DNA from: Cenarchaeum sp.
GTDB taxonomy: Archaea; Thermoproteota; Nitrososphaeria; Nitrososphaerales; Nitrosopumilaceae
NCBI GenBank assembly: GCA_963692915.1
Contig: OY843584.1
Coordinates: 896,001-960,000, forward strand
Reading direction: 5' to 3'
DNA: 64,000 bases
Below, one piece after another: positions 1 through 9,187 of this stretch (its first letter is position 1; each line of letters starts with the position of its first letter). The position numbers and the translations under genes were made by a program. Under the pieces are notes generated by a model. It ran no database searches and was not told the origin of the DNA. It was given only the letters and a program-made list of their open reading frames with translations.

Positions 1-2
1 CC

Positions 3-3000
3 GGAAAAAAATTTGATAGTATGATATTGATATACACAGGAGGAAGCATAACGTCCAACGCCAGAAAGCTCCTAGAAATCCACCACTGCCAAGTAATCGG
101 GACAGAAGAGCTGCAGAGGAGCAGCTTTGACTGGAGCAAGTATCCAAAACGCGTAGTCAAGAGCCCCAAAAAGCTGCGCGACTATCAGGAACAGGCAGTC
201 AATGACGTTATTGCCGGATTCAGGGACTCAGACAGGGGCAAGCTAGTCATGGCGTGCGGGACAGGCAAGACACTCGTTGCGCTCCACGTGGCCGAGAAGC
301 TAGTTGGCCGCAACGGGACTGTCCTCTATCTAGTCCCGTCAATCTCGCTCATATACCAGAGCATGCGCGAGTGGTCAGACAATGCCGGAACCGGCCACTA
401 TTACGTGGCGGTGTGCTCGGACAAGAGCGTCGGCGAAGAGGGATCTATACTCGAGCTAGAGTGCCCCGTGTCCACAAATCCCGACGATCTGATGAGGAAC
501 GTGATGAACAGGCCAAAGGGGGCGATGACGGTGATATTCTCCACGTACCACTCCATAGAGGTGGCCTCAAGGGCGCTCGGAAAAAAGTTCGACCTCGTCC
601 TGTGCGACGAGGCGCACCGGACTACGGGTGTTGAGAGCGGGTCGTACTATACGCACGTTCACGCTGACCGCAAAGTTCCGGCAAAGAGGCGACTCTACAT
701 GACTGCCACGCCAAAGATCTATGGCGAGGCCATAAAGGGCGCAGCGCGCGGGCGAGCCATAGAAAAGAAGGGCGCCGAGGCGGCGAGTAGCGAGCCTGCG
801 ATCTATTCGATGGACGACGAAAAGACGTATGGGCCGGTGTTCCACAGGCTGGGGTTTGTTGACGCGGTGCACAAGCACAAGGCGCTTGCTGACTTTAAGG
901 TGATCGTGCCAATGGTGAGCACGAAATATGTCGACATGGAGTTCCAGCAGGCAGTGGCAAAGGATGGCGCGATGCCACTTGATGAGAGAACGCTCCTGGC
1001 CGCCGTGTGGCACGGGATCCAGTACCCGGAAGGTGAGGGAGACCCAAAGCTCCTGCAAAAGGTCATTGCGTTCACAAACAGAATAGACCGCTCCGAGATA
1101 TTTGCCGGTGACTTGGAGGATAGCGATGTCAGGAAAAAGCGCAGCTTTAAGCACGTGGTTGGGGAGATAAAGACAAAGAGGCCAACGACCGGCAACGTGG
1201 AGGTTCGTCACATTGATGGCAAAAAGAACGCGCTAAAGAGGCGCAGAGAGATGAGGTGGCTTGGAGCCAGTGACGTTGATCCGAACACGTGCCGCATACT
1301 CTCCAATGCCAGGTGCCTGTCTGAGGGCGTTGACGTGCCAGCCCTTGACGGTGTCGTGTTTTTGAACCCACGCGAGTCCATAGTCGACATTGTCCAGTCA
1401 GTCGGCAGGGTCATGAGGCGAGCGCCGGGCAAGGATACCGGATATGTCGTGCTTCCAGTGGCCATACCCGCAGGAGTCGACACAAACAATGCCCTTGATA
1501 GCCACCCGTCGTATCGAACCGTCTGGCAGGTTCTCAACGCGCTGCGCTCACATGACGAGTCACTCGCACGCGAGATAAACTCGCTCATACTCGACAGGGG
1601 AGAGGGCGAGAGTTCCGGAGATGTGACTCCCAGGATCAGCTTTTCTATACTGGGTCTCGAAGGTGAGGAAAAGCTCCCCATGCCGAAACTATTTGACAAG
1701 ATAAAGTCCACGCTGATACGGAAGGTCGGCGACGTTGACTATTACAACGAGTACGGCCGCAAGATAGGAACGGCGGCGGCCATAGTCGAGGGACGCATAG
1801 AAACCATGCTAGATGCATCAAAGTCAAGGAGGCGCGAGCTAGACGAGTTTCACGAGAGCCTAAAGTCAGTCATCAACGACTCGGTCACTCGTGATGAGGC
1901 GATCAGGGTGATCGCGCAGCACGTCGTGCTCGCGCGCGTCTTTGACGAGCTGTTCAGCGGAGAGTTCACGTCGCACAACCCAATATCAAAGGTTCTCTCC
2001 AAGATGGCCGCAAGCTTTGAACTAGACGCCGAGCTTGAGGATCTAGAGGAGTTTTATGCCAGTGTAGAGGATGAGGTCAAGCTCATAGATTCTACTGAGG
2101 CTCGCCAGAACTTTATCAAGACGCTGTACGAGAACTTTTTCAAGAGCACGGCCAAAAAGGAGACCGAAAAGCACGGTGTTGTTTTTACACCGATCGAGGT
2201 GGTCGACTTTGTCATACACAGCGTGCAGCACGTGCTCAAGACGCACTTTGGCATGGGGTTTGACGACAGGCGCGTGAAGGTCCTCGAGCCGTTCGCCGGC
2301 ACTGGGACGTTCATCACTCGCCTACTTGACTCAAAGCTGCTAGGCGACAACGCGTACCAAAAGTACCGGAACGACCTGCTCGCAAACGAGATGATACTCT
2401 TGGCATACTATATTGCCACGGTGAACATAGAGACGACATACTCCAGCGGCAACGGCGGCAGGTACGTCCCGTTCGAGGGGATCAGCTACACCGACACGCT
2501 CCGGCAGAATCCGCGCTACCTCAGCGGCAAGGAGCACAGGGGCGAGCAGGCCACGATCGGCGGGATGTTCAAGGTAGCACATGAACGGGTCAGACGGCAG
2601 AGAGATACAAATGTGAATGTAATAATAGGCAATCCGCCATATTCAGCAGGTCAAGAAAATGCGAATGATGAAAACCCCAATACAAAATATCCCAATCTCG
2701 ACAAGCGGATTAATAACACGTACGCACAAAACACGAATGTCAGTAACAAAAACTCGCTCTACGACTCGTACATCCGAGCCCTGCGGTGGGCCAGCGACCG
2801 CATAGGTGAGTCGGGCATCGTGGCGTTCGTGACCAACGCGAGCTTTGTGCGCTCCGACGCTGCAGCCGGCATACGCGCCTCGATCGCAGGGGAGTTTGAC
2901 GAGGTGTGGTGCCTCGATCTACGAGGTAACCAGAGGACTCAAGGAGAGACCAGCCGCAAGGAGGGAGGCAAGATATTCGGAATGGGCTCCAGAGCCCCGG

Positions 3001-4355
3001 TGGCAGTCACCATACTGGTCAGGAGACCGCGGGGAGAAGGCCATAAACAGAGAGAGGCAAAAATCCGGTACAGAGACATAGGCGACTATATGACAAGGGA
3101 GGAGAAGCTTGAAGCGATCAAAAACATGGGATCCGTGCAAAATGTTCATGACTGGAAGATCGTACAGCCAGATAAACATAATGATTGGGTTGATCAGCGC
3201 GATAATACTTTTATGAGATATCTCGTAATGGGTAGCAAAGATGCTAAAAAAGGTAAAAATAATGCCGTGTTTAAAATGTACTCGCCCGGTATAGCAACAA
3301 ATCGTGATGCTTGGGCATACAACAGTTCACAAAAAAAATTAGAACACAATATGAAAACTCACATAGACTATTGCAATGCACAAAACATAGACAAGCCACA
3401 GATCGATCCTAAAAAAGCAAAATGGTCAAGTGGATTGAGTAAATTAAAAAAATTAAAACCTACGTTTAATAAAAATAATATCAGGATATCGTTATATAGA
3501 CCATTTTTTAAACAACATCTCTATTTTGATAGTACGTATAATCAAAGAATTTTTCGTATCCCACTAATGTTTCCATTAAATAATTCTGAAAATCAGGTAA
3601 TTTGTGTCCCTTACAAATTTATTGGAAACTTTTCAACATTTATAACAAATATCACCCCCGATCTACAAATTGTTAGAAATGGTCAATATTTTTCATTGTA
3701 TGTGTACAATATCGCCCATTCCAGAAAAGACAATATTACAGATCATGCGTTGCAAGAATATCGACAACATTATCAAAACAAACAAATTTCCAAAAAAGAC
3801 ATATTTTACTATGTGTACGGCCTTCTCCATCATTACGGGTATCGCAGCAAATTCGCCAACAATCTTGCCAAAGACCTACCAAACATCCCAATGGCCCCCG
3901 ACTTCAAGAAATTCAGCCAGGCAGGCAAAAAGCTCGCAGACCTGCACCTAAACTTTGAGACGTGCAAGAGGTTCAACCTCGGAAGGCCAAAGGAAAAGTT
4001 TGGCAAGCCGGCAAAGGTAGCATTTGGCCGCATCGGCATGAAGGCCGACAAGACAAAGATCAGGATAAACAACGTCATAGTCTTTGAGGACATTCCGCAG
4101 CCAAAGTACACGGTGAACGGCCGCACGCCCCTAGAGTGGGTCGTCGACCGCTATAACCGCACAGTCGACAGGGACAGCCAGATAGTCAACAATCCACTAG
4201 AAGGCATGGGCGAGGATGACATTATAGCAGTCATCGAGCGCGCCGTGCATGTAGGCGCAGAGTCTGACCGCATAATCGCCACGCTTCCAGACGAGTTTGA
4301 GCCAAGGAACTGGAAGCCCAAAAAGATTGGCCTAGACGCGCACATTGGGGCATAG
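3..4355 (+). CDS. Type ISP (LlaGI/LlaBIII-like) single-polypeptide restriction-modification enzyme: SF2 helicase/ATPase + N6-adenine MTase + TRD; 5' end outside window
   Basis: Walker A MACGTGKT, DEAH box, motif III TATP, NARCLSEGVDVP, QSVGRVMR; MTase motif I EPFAGTGTF and motif IV NPPY; C-terminal Type ISP signature YxVNGRTPLEWVVDRY. Frame is open to the window edge upstream of ATG 21. Confidence 0.93.
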   Translation, partial: GKKFDSMILIYTGGSITSNARKLLEIHHCQVIGTEELQRSSFDWSKYPKRVVKSPKKLRDYQEQAVNDVIAGFRDSDRGKLVMACGTGKTLVALHVAEKLVGRNGTVLYLVPSISLIYQSMREWSDNAGTGHYYVAVCSDKSVGEEGSILELECPVSTNPDDLMRNVMNRPKGAMTVIFSTYHSIEVASRALGKKFDLVLCDEAHRTTGVESGSYYTHVHADRKVPAKRRLYMTATPKIYGEAIKGAARGRAIEKKGAEAASSEPAIYSMDDEKTYGPVFHRLGFVDAVHKHKALADFKVIVPMVSTKYVDMEFQQAVAKDGAMPLDERTLLAAVWHGIQYPEGEGDPKLLQKVIAFTNRIDRSEIFAGDLEDSDVRKKRSFKHVVGEIKTKRPTTGNVEVRHIDGKKNALKRRREMRWLGASDVDPNTCRILSNARCLSEGVDVPALDGVVFLNPRESIVDIVQSVGRVMRRAPGKDTGYVVLPVAIPAGVDTNNALDSHPSYRTVWQVLNALRSHDESLAREINSLILDRGEGESSGDVTPRISFSILGLEGEEKLPMPKLFDKIKSTLIRKVGDVDYYNEYGRKIGTAAAIVEGRIETMLDASKSRRRELDEFHESLKSVINDSVTRDEAIRVIAQHVVLARVFDELFSGEFTSHNPISKVLSKMAASFELDAELEDLEEFYASVEDEVKLIDSTEARQNFIKTLYENFFKSTAKKETEKHGVVFTPIEVVDFVIHSVQHVLKTHFGMGFDDRRVKVLEPFAGTGTFITRLLDSKLLGDNAYQKYRNDLLANEMILLAYYIATVNIETTYSSGNGGRYVPFEGISYTDTLRQNPRYLSGKEHRGEQATIGGMFKVAHERVRRQRDTNVNVIIGNPPYSAGQENANDENPNTKYPNLDKRINNTYAQNTNVSNKNSLYDSYIRALRWASDRIGESGIVAFVTNASFVRSDAAAGIRASIAGEFDEVWCLDLRGNQRTQGETSRKEGGKIFGMGSRAPVAVTILVRRPRGEGHKQREAKIRYRDIGDYMTREEKLEAIKNMGSVQNVHDWKIVQPDKHNDWVDQRDNTFMRYLVMGSKDAKKGKNNAVFKMYSPGIATNRDAWAYNSSQKKLEHNMKTHIDYCNAQNIDKPQIDPKKAKWSSGLSKLKKLKPTFNKNNIRISLYRPFFKQHLYFDSTYNQRIFRIPLMFPLNNSENQVICVPYKFIGNFSTFITNITPDLQIVRNGQYFSLYVYNIAHSRKDNITDHALQEYRQHYQNKQISKKDIFYYVYGLLHHYGYRSKFANNLAKDLPNIPMAPDFKKFSQAGKKLADLHLNFETCKRFNLGRPKEKFGKPAKVAFGRIGMKADKTKIRINNVIVFEDIPQPKYTVNGRTPLEWVVDRYNRTVDRDSQIVNNPLEGMGEDDIIAVIERAVHVGAESDRIIATLPDEFEPRNWKPKKIGLDAHIGA

Positions 4356-4898
4356 GCTGCAGGCCGGCCCGGCATCCTGCCCATGTATGTCAGCACCTGC
4401 CCATTTGACCCAAACTTGCCCCCACTGTTTGGCAGGGCGAACAGCACGCATGCAAGCCCAACGGTCGGCCTGACAATTCCTGACAAGGATGATCTCGTCA
4501 CCACAAAATGGGGCTCATAGGCCACAATTTGAAAAATGGCACACGCGCCCAAACTCCAGGATTGGCCGCGTGGCAGAACTCATGCCAGGGTAAACAGATC
4601 GGACAGCCCCCCCTAAGCGGGGCTGCCGGACCCTAAGCAGTAGCATCTGCATACGTCCTGCCTAGGCAGGCTAGGCATTGTGAGATTATTTAACTCGTTA
4701 TGCTGGCCTGGGCGCAAGGCGCGTGCGCATTGGCCATGTCATGACCCCAGGGGGCACGTCCTGATCTGTGCGCCCCGGACTCTGCCATTTCGCGACCTGT
4801 GATCTGCAGACGCCCTCGGCGCGTCGTGTGTGATGCCATCACCGATTCCTGTCCATGTTCAGGCAGGCGCCGCAGCATATGTGTTGGCGGGATCACCC

Positions 4899-4905
4899 TT
4901 TAAAT
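4899..4905 (+). promoter_or_regulatory. Archaeal TATA box for a leaderless transcript
   Basis: TTTAAAT 27 nt upstream of ATG 4932 in GC-rich context; the same spacing recurs before many genes in the window. Confidence 0.6.
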
Positions 4906-4931
4906 CCCCGCCACGCCCACTCTGCGCCCGC

Positions 4932-5795
4932 ATGGCATCAGGCATCAGGCGCCTCATATCCCGCAAGTCAGGCCTCGTCGTGCCCGGCGTGTACGACGCG
5001 CTAGGGGCGCGCCTGGCCAGACTCGCCGGCTTTGAGGCAATGTTTCAGACCGGATACGGCACGTCAGCGTCCATGCTCGGAATGCCCGACTATGGATTTG
5101 CCGGCGCCGGCGAGACTGTCTCCAACGCATCTCGCGTGTGCCGCGCAGCTGATGCGCCCGTCATTGTTGATGCGGACACTGGATACGGCAATGCGCTTAG
5201 CGTCTGGCGCCTCGTAAAGAGCCTCGAGGCAGCAGGCGCGGCCGGAATGTTCCTCGAGGACCAGCGCTGGCCAAAGAGGTGCGGCCACATGGCCGGCAAG
5301 GAGGTCACCGAGTATGCCGAGTATGCAGAAAAGCTCGGTGCCGCAATCGACGCGCGCTCCTCAAAGGACTTTGTCATCGTCGCGCGCACTGACGCTCGTG
5401 CCGCACTCGGACTGGACGAGGCCATCGAGCGCGGCCGCGCTAGCCGCAAGCTGGGAGCAGACGCCGTCTTTGTCGAGGCCCCGCGCAACCGCTCAGAGAT
5501 GCGCGCCATCGGGGCCGCCATTCGCGGCCCGCTCGTGGCCAACATGATAGAGGGCGGCCGCACGCCGATACTGCCCTCGCGCGAGCTCCACTCTATGGGA
5601 TTCAACATTGTCCTCTATCCGCTATCGACGCTCTTTGCCAGCGCGCACGCCACACTCGGCGCGCTGCGAGAGCTAAAGAAGACGGGAACGACGCGCAAGT
5701 CATCAAGGTCCATGGTGAACTTTGACTCGTTCAACGAGCTCGTCGACCTCTCGAGGTACCAGCGCATGGAGCGCCGCTACGCCAAGAGGCGCTAG
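4932..5795 (+). CDS. Isocitrate lyase/PEP mutase superfamily enzyme (2-methylisocitrate lyase / carboxyphosphoenolpyruvate mutase-like)
   Basis: PGVYD, VDADTGYG, LEDQRWPKRCGH, ARTDA and FVEAP motifs; start set at ATG 4932 after the TATA box. Confidence 0.9.
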   Translation: MASGIRRLISRKSGLVVPGVYDALGARLARLAGFEAMFQTGYGTSASMLGMPDYGFAGAGETVSNASRVCRAADAPVIVDADTGYGNALSVWRLVKSLEAAGAAGMFLEDQRWPKRCGHMAGKEVTEYAEYAEKLGAAIDARSSKDFVIVARTDARAALGLDEAIERGRASRKLGADAVFVEAPRNRSEMRAIGAAIRGPLVANMIEGGRTPILPSRELHSMGFNIVLYPLSTLFASAHATLGALRELKKTGTTRKSSRSMVNFDSFNELVDLSRYQRMERRYAKRR

Positions 5796-6232
5796 CTTCG
5801 GCTAACTGCGATCGTTATCGTGGAGACGTTGCGCTGCTTGCCGTCAGTCGACTCGAGGGACTCGGAGCCGAGCGTGACGCTGTCTATCGTGTATTCGGCA
5901 TTGTCGCGCTTTCTCGATATGATCTGCGCCACGTCGACTGCCCTAGATATGCTCATTCCGCGCGCCTTTATCGTCACCGAGGGAACCTCGGCGAGCTGCA
6001 GCAGCGTGGATGTGACATATGCCATGAGCGGCTTTTTGCCGATAAAGACGGTGTCCTTTGATTCCGGCCCCCTCGGCCCGCGCCGCTCGCCTGACCCGCG
6101 ATCGGGTCGTGGCTGCTCGGTGCGTGGTGCCTCGGACTGGCCCTGTGCGGTCTGTGGAGCATCTGTTGGCGGGCTCGGCGGTGCGCCTGTTGGCGCATCA
6201 GTCGCCGGCGCGTCTCCTGCGTATGCTGTCAT
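5792..6232 (-). CDS. albA: DNA/RNA-binding protein Alba with low-complexity N-terminal extension
   Basis: VFIGKKPLMAYV, IKARGMSISRAVDVA and RNVSTITI are Alba signatures; the longer ORF overlaps tRNA-Ala, so start set at ATG 6232. Confidence 0.92.
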   Translation of the reverse strand: MTAYAGDAPATDAPTGAPPSPPTDAPQTAQGQSEAPRTEQPRPDRGSGERRGPRGPESKDTVFIGKKPLMAYVTSTLLQLAEVPSVTIKARGMSISRAVDVAQIISRKRDNAEYTIDSVTLGSESLESTDGKQRNVSTITIAVSRS

Positions 6233-6291
6233 TGCCACACGCGCCCAAGCTCTATAATTTAAACCAAGATCGGGCACACAGCTATGGGGAG

Positions 6292-6368
6292 TGGTGGACC
6301 GGGTGGGATTTGAACCCACGATCTCACCCATGCCAAGGGCGTATCCTACCAGTCTAGACGACCGGCCC
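6292..6368 (-). tRNA. tRNA-Ala(GGC), CCA encoded
   Basis: Reverse complement GGGCCGG...GCCC-TT-GGC-AT-GGGT...GTGGG-TTCAAAT-CCCAC-CCGGTCC-A-CCA folds as a cloverleaf. Confidence 0.96.
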
Positions 6369-6548
6369 ACGGGTCGGCAACGGCCGACCGTGCGCGGCGC
6401 GTGGCAAGTTGTCTAATTAAGGTTTCATGCAAGGGCGCAGGGGGCAGCACCCGGATCGCATACAGGCCTCACCTGCAACACCCTCCCAAATCCCCCACAC
6501 CTGTTAGATAGAATCTGGACAGATGCCTCAACGACTGGTGTGAAATCA

Positions 6549-6625
6549 TGGCGGGCCTGGTGGGATTCGAACCCACGACAACCGGATTAAAAGTCCGATG
6601 CGCTGCCTGGCTGCGCCACAGGCCC
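6549..6625 (-). tRNA. tRNA-Lys(UUU), CCA encoded
   Basis: Reverse complement GGGCCTG...TCGGA-CT-TTT-AA-TCCGG...GTGGG-TTCGAAT-CCCAC-CAGGCCC-G-CCA. Confidence 0.96.
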
Positions 6626-6794
6626 ACTGCAGACGGCGGCGCGTGCCCTCTTAATTTAGCCTTTTGAGACCCCAGTAGTTGATCATGTGCCTGACTGTGC
6701 GCCGAGGATAGCCCCACATATCCATGGGGTCGTTTTGTGCCCGTCACGAGCACATGGCTAACTGCCAAATGGGTCACACTTAAAGGATGTATTG

Positions 6795-7325
6795 ATGCAA
6801 GGCGGCGCGGTGAATGCGCAAGTTGCACGCCACGAACTCGTGCTAGATGACAACAAAAAGACAGTAGAGTTCCTCCTAGAGGAGGCAGGAGACGACACGG
6901 AGAGGATAGCTGAGGTCAAGAAATGGGGGGAGAGGCGCGCAAGGAGGATTGGCATGCTGCGCCGCTTTGTCGGCCTTCTTGAAAAAAATGGCATCTTTGA
7001 GAGGCCTGATGGAAAGATGATGGGAATCATTGCAGAGTTTGCCACAACGCAGTGCCTTGCGATCGCCACAACGTATGGCCTCGACGGCATGGGATACACG
7101 TTCAACGACAGCGAGTCCGGCCCACTTTGCGCCGATCTGGGCATTGACCTCCAGGCCGTAGAGTCTGCGTCAGTAGACTCGCCCACGGGGCTCTTTGAGA
7201 GCCCCAAGAACGAGTCAGAGTTCCTGGAGAAAATCAAGGGCAAGGACATCTATGAGCTAGGCAGGATTGCCAGGCTGCTCGTCATCGACGAAGAAGATCG
7301 TATGATACCCCTGAATGCCGAATAG
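6795..7325 (+). CDS. Hypothetical protein, possible Panacea/SocA (DUF4065)/YwgA-like antitoxin domain
   Basis: TQCLAIATTYGLDGMGYTFNDSESGPLCADL resembles the LQKLxY...GxxLGYxF....GPYSxxL pattern (by eye); TA-rich element near 6780. Confidence 0.5.
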   Translation: MQGGAVNAQVARHELVLDDNKKTVEFLLEEAGDDTERIAEVKKWGERRARRIGMLRRFVGLLEKNGIFERPDGKMMGIIAEFATTQCLAIATTYGLDGMGYTFNDSESGPLCADLGIDLQAVESASVDSPTGLFESPKNESEFLEKIKGKDIYELGRIARLLVIDEEDRMIPLNAE

Positions 7326-7372
7326 ATCGCAGGAACAGCGCACAAGTAATATCCACAGTCAACCTGTGTAGC

Positions 7373-7687
7373 GTGATTGTGCAGGGTGTCCTGAATCATG
7401 ATGAGAAAGGTCATGGAGTCCTCGGCACGCTTGCCGTGCGCCATGTGGCCGAGAGCATTGGCCTAGTAAGGGCACAGCATGGACACCTGCTCAGTGAATC
7501 AGGCAGATTTTTTGCAGAAAATATCCGAGACCTGGCATTGGCGGCTCTTGGCGAGGGCAGCTCGTGCAAAACGCCAACATTTTCCCGTCTGCGCCAAGCT
7601 CTTCGCAACCTCGGCAGCGAGATAATTAGCATAGACAGCCCTGAACTAGTGGAGCGCCGAAGACGCGCGTCAGGAACAAAAGACTAG
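7373..7687 (+). CDS. Hypothetical protein, possible partner of the upstream gene
   Basis: 104-aa ORF, same strand, 47 nt downstream of 6795..7325; no clear motif. Confidence 0.4.
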   Translation: MIVQGVLNHDEKGHGVLGTLAVRHVAESIGLVRAQHGHLLSESGRFFAENIRDLALAALGEGSSCKTPTFSRLRQALRNLGSEIISIDSPELVERRRRASGTKD

Positions 7688-8116
7688 CCCCTGCACTAAA
7701 ACCACACGCCACCTCTGTCTCCGACCTTTGCAGATGACGCAGGGCGCCATCACTTTCAGGCACATATCATGTAAATCAGGCCCGAGGCATATGCCCAGAA
7801 AGACCGTGCGAGCACCCCGGATTCCGGCCTCACACATGCAATTACAGTTGAGCACATGCCTGACAGGATGGCCAGCCAGGGAGCTTCCGGGGATTTACGA
7901 GCCCGTCGCGCCTCAGGCGATTCCCTTTCCGAAACAAGCGGGCTGCCCCGGGTCATCCCCCAATCGGCCTGTTTGCATTTTAGGCGGATCCGAGGGCCGT
8001 CTTGTGTCCGCCCCGAGCACATGACCAACTAATTCCAGTGCCCGCGTATGCGCGAGGCAGATCCGGGATACGGTTAAAGCGCGCCTGCTTGCGGCGCCGC
8101 AGCGCAGGTGGGCAGG

Positions 8117-8368
8117 ATGGCAGGCACACAAGGCGCCGACGGGCACGGCAAGATCACAAAGGAGGACAAGGAGCGCGTTGCGCTCCTCAGGGTCGTAGCC
8201 GCCGAGGGCATGGACGCCCTAGACGGCGCGCAGCTCGAGCGCCTGCAGGAGCTAGTCGAGAAGAAGGACTATACGCACAGCAAAAAGGGCCAAAAGTCAA
8301 AGCTAAGGCTGCTCGCAAAGATCAACGTGGCCATATACGAGCGTGCCGAGGGCAGGCAGGGCATATAG
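8117..8368 (+). CDS. Small basic hypothetical protein
   Basis: Host-like codon usage, helical charged sequence, GTTAAA box about 25 nt upstream. Confidence 0.75.
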   Translation: MAGTQGADGHGKITKEDKERVALLRVVAAEGMDALDGAQLERLQELVEKKDYTHSKKGQKSKLRLLAKINVAIYERAEGRQGI

Positions 8369-8431
8369 GCCCACATTAGTGCGGGCTAACTTTCATTTAC
8401 TTTATTTGCCGCCATGGTCACGTGGCACGCC

Positions 8432-9070
8432 ATGAGTGCATGGGGGCGCTTTTGGGGATGGTACGAGAGCAAGATACTCGGCAGCGTGATAATAATCGCG
8501 ATAATACAGTTCATCCAGATACCCCACATGGTCTGGAACGCCGACCTCTACCTTGGCCTCGGAGTCGTCAGCAAGGTTCACCCAATAATCGACTGGCTCC
8601 TCTATGGCGTCGACCTGATCGAGATCGTCTCGATCATCAACGTCGGCATGATAATGTACAGCCTCATGAAAAAGAGGCGCGCCAGGGGCGACAAGGCTAT
8701 AACACCAGAGACTTCGGCGAACGCCGTGAAGCAGGTCATAGTCGTGCGGACCGACCTAGAGATGGGCAAGGGCAAGATTGCCGCCCAGGTCGGCCACGCG
8801 TGCGTCATGTGCGCGCTGCGCACAAAGTCGTCCAATCCGGACTGGTTCAAGGAATGGCAGTCCTCACAGGCAAAGGTAGTCCTGCGCGTCAACAGCCTGT
8901 CTGACCTCGAGGAGGTATGGCGCAGCGCCGCAGCCGAGAACCTCCCTTGGGACAAAGTGAGCGACGCGGGCCTCACGCAGCTAGAGCCGGGAACCGTCAC
9001 GTGCGTTGCGATAGGTCCGGCGCCAGAGAACCTCATCGACAAGGTGACAGGCAAGCTCCACCTCCTCTAG
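8432..9070 (+). CDS. pth2: Membrane protein fused in frame to peptidyl-tRNA hydrolase Pth2
   Basis: C-terminal about 115 aa: KQVIVVRTDLEMGKGKIAAQVGHA, KVVL, DAGLTQLEPGTVTCVAIGP, IDKVTGKLHLL; N-terminal about 85 aa has two hydrophobic segments; no stop between them. Start may be 8414. Confidence 0.88.
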   Translation: MSAWGRFWGWYESKILGSVIIIAIIQFIQIPHMVWNADLYLGLGVVSKVHPIIDWLLYGVDLIEIVSIINVGMIMYSLMKKRRARGDKAITPETSANAVKQVIVVRTDLEMGKGKIAAQVGHACVMCALRTKSSNPDWFKEWQSSQAKVVLRVNSLSDLEEVWRSAAAENLPWDKVSDAGLTQLEPGTVTCVAIGPAPENLIDKVTGKLHLL

Positions 9071-9187
9071 CGCACTAGCTCGCCAATTCCACCCCGCCTC
9101 ATCAATTCCCGTCTAGGCATTGGCCTGCATGGGCGGATGGCCGCATGGACCACACCCCACTAGAGATATAACGAGGATCCTTGGCCG

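Noticed and set aside
6233-6370. N-terminal extension of the Alba ORF in the ORF track
   Set aside because: It overlaps tRNA-Ala and the Alba TATA box, so it is not coding.
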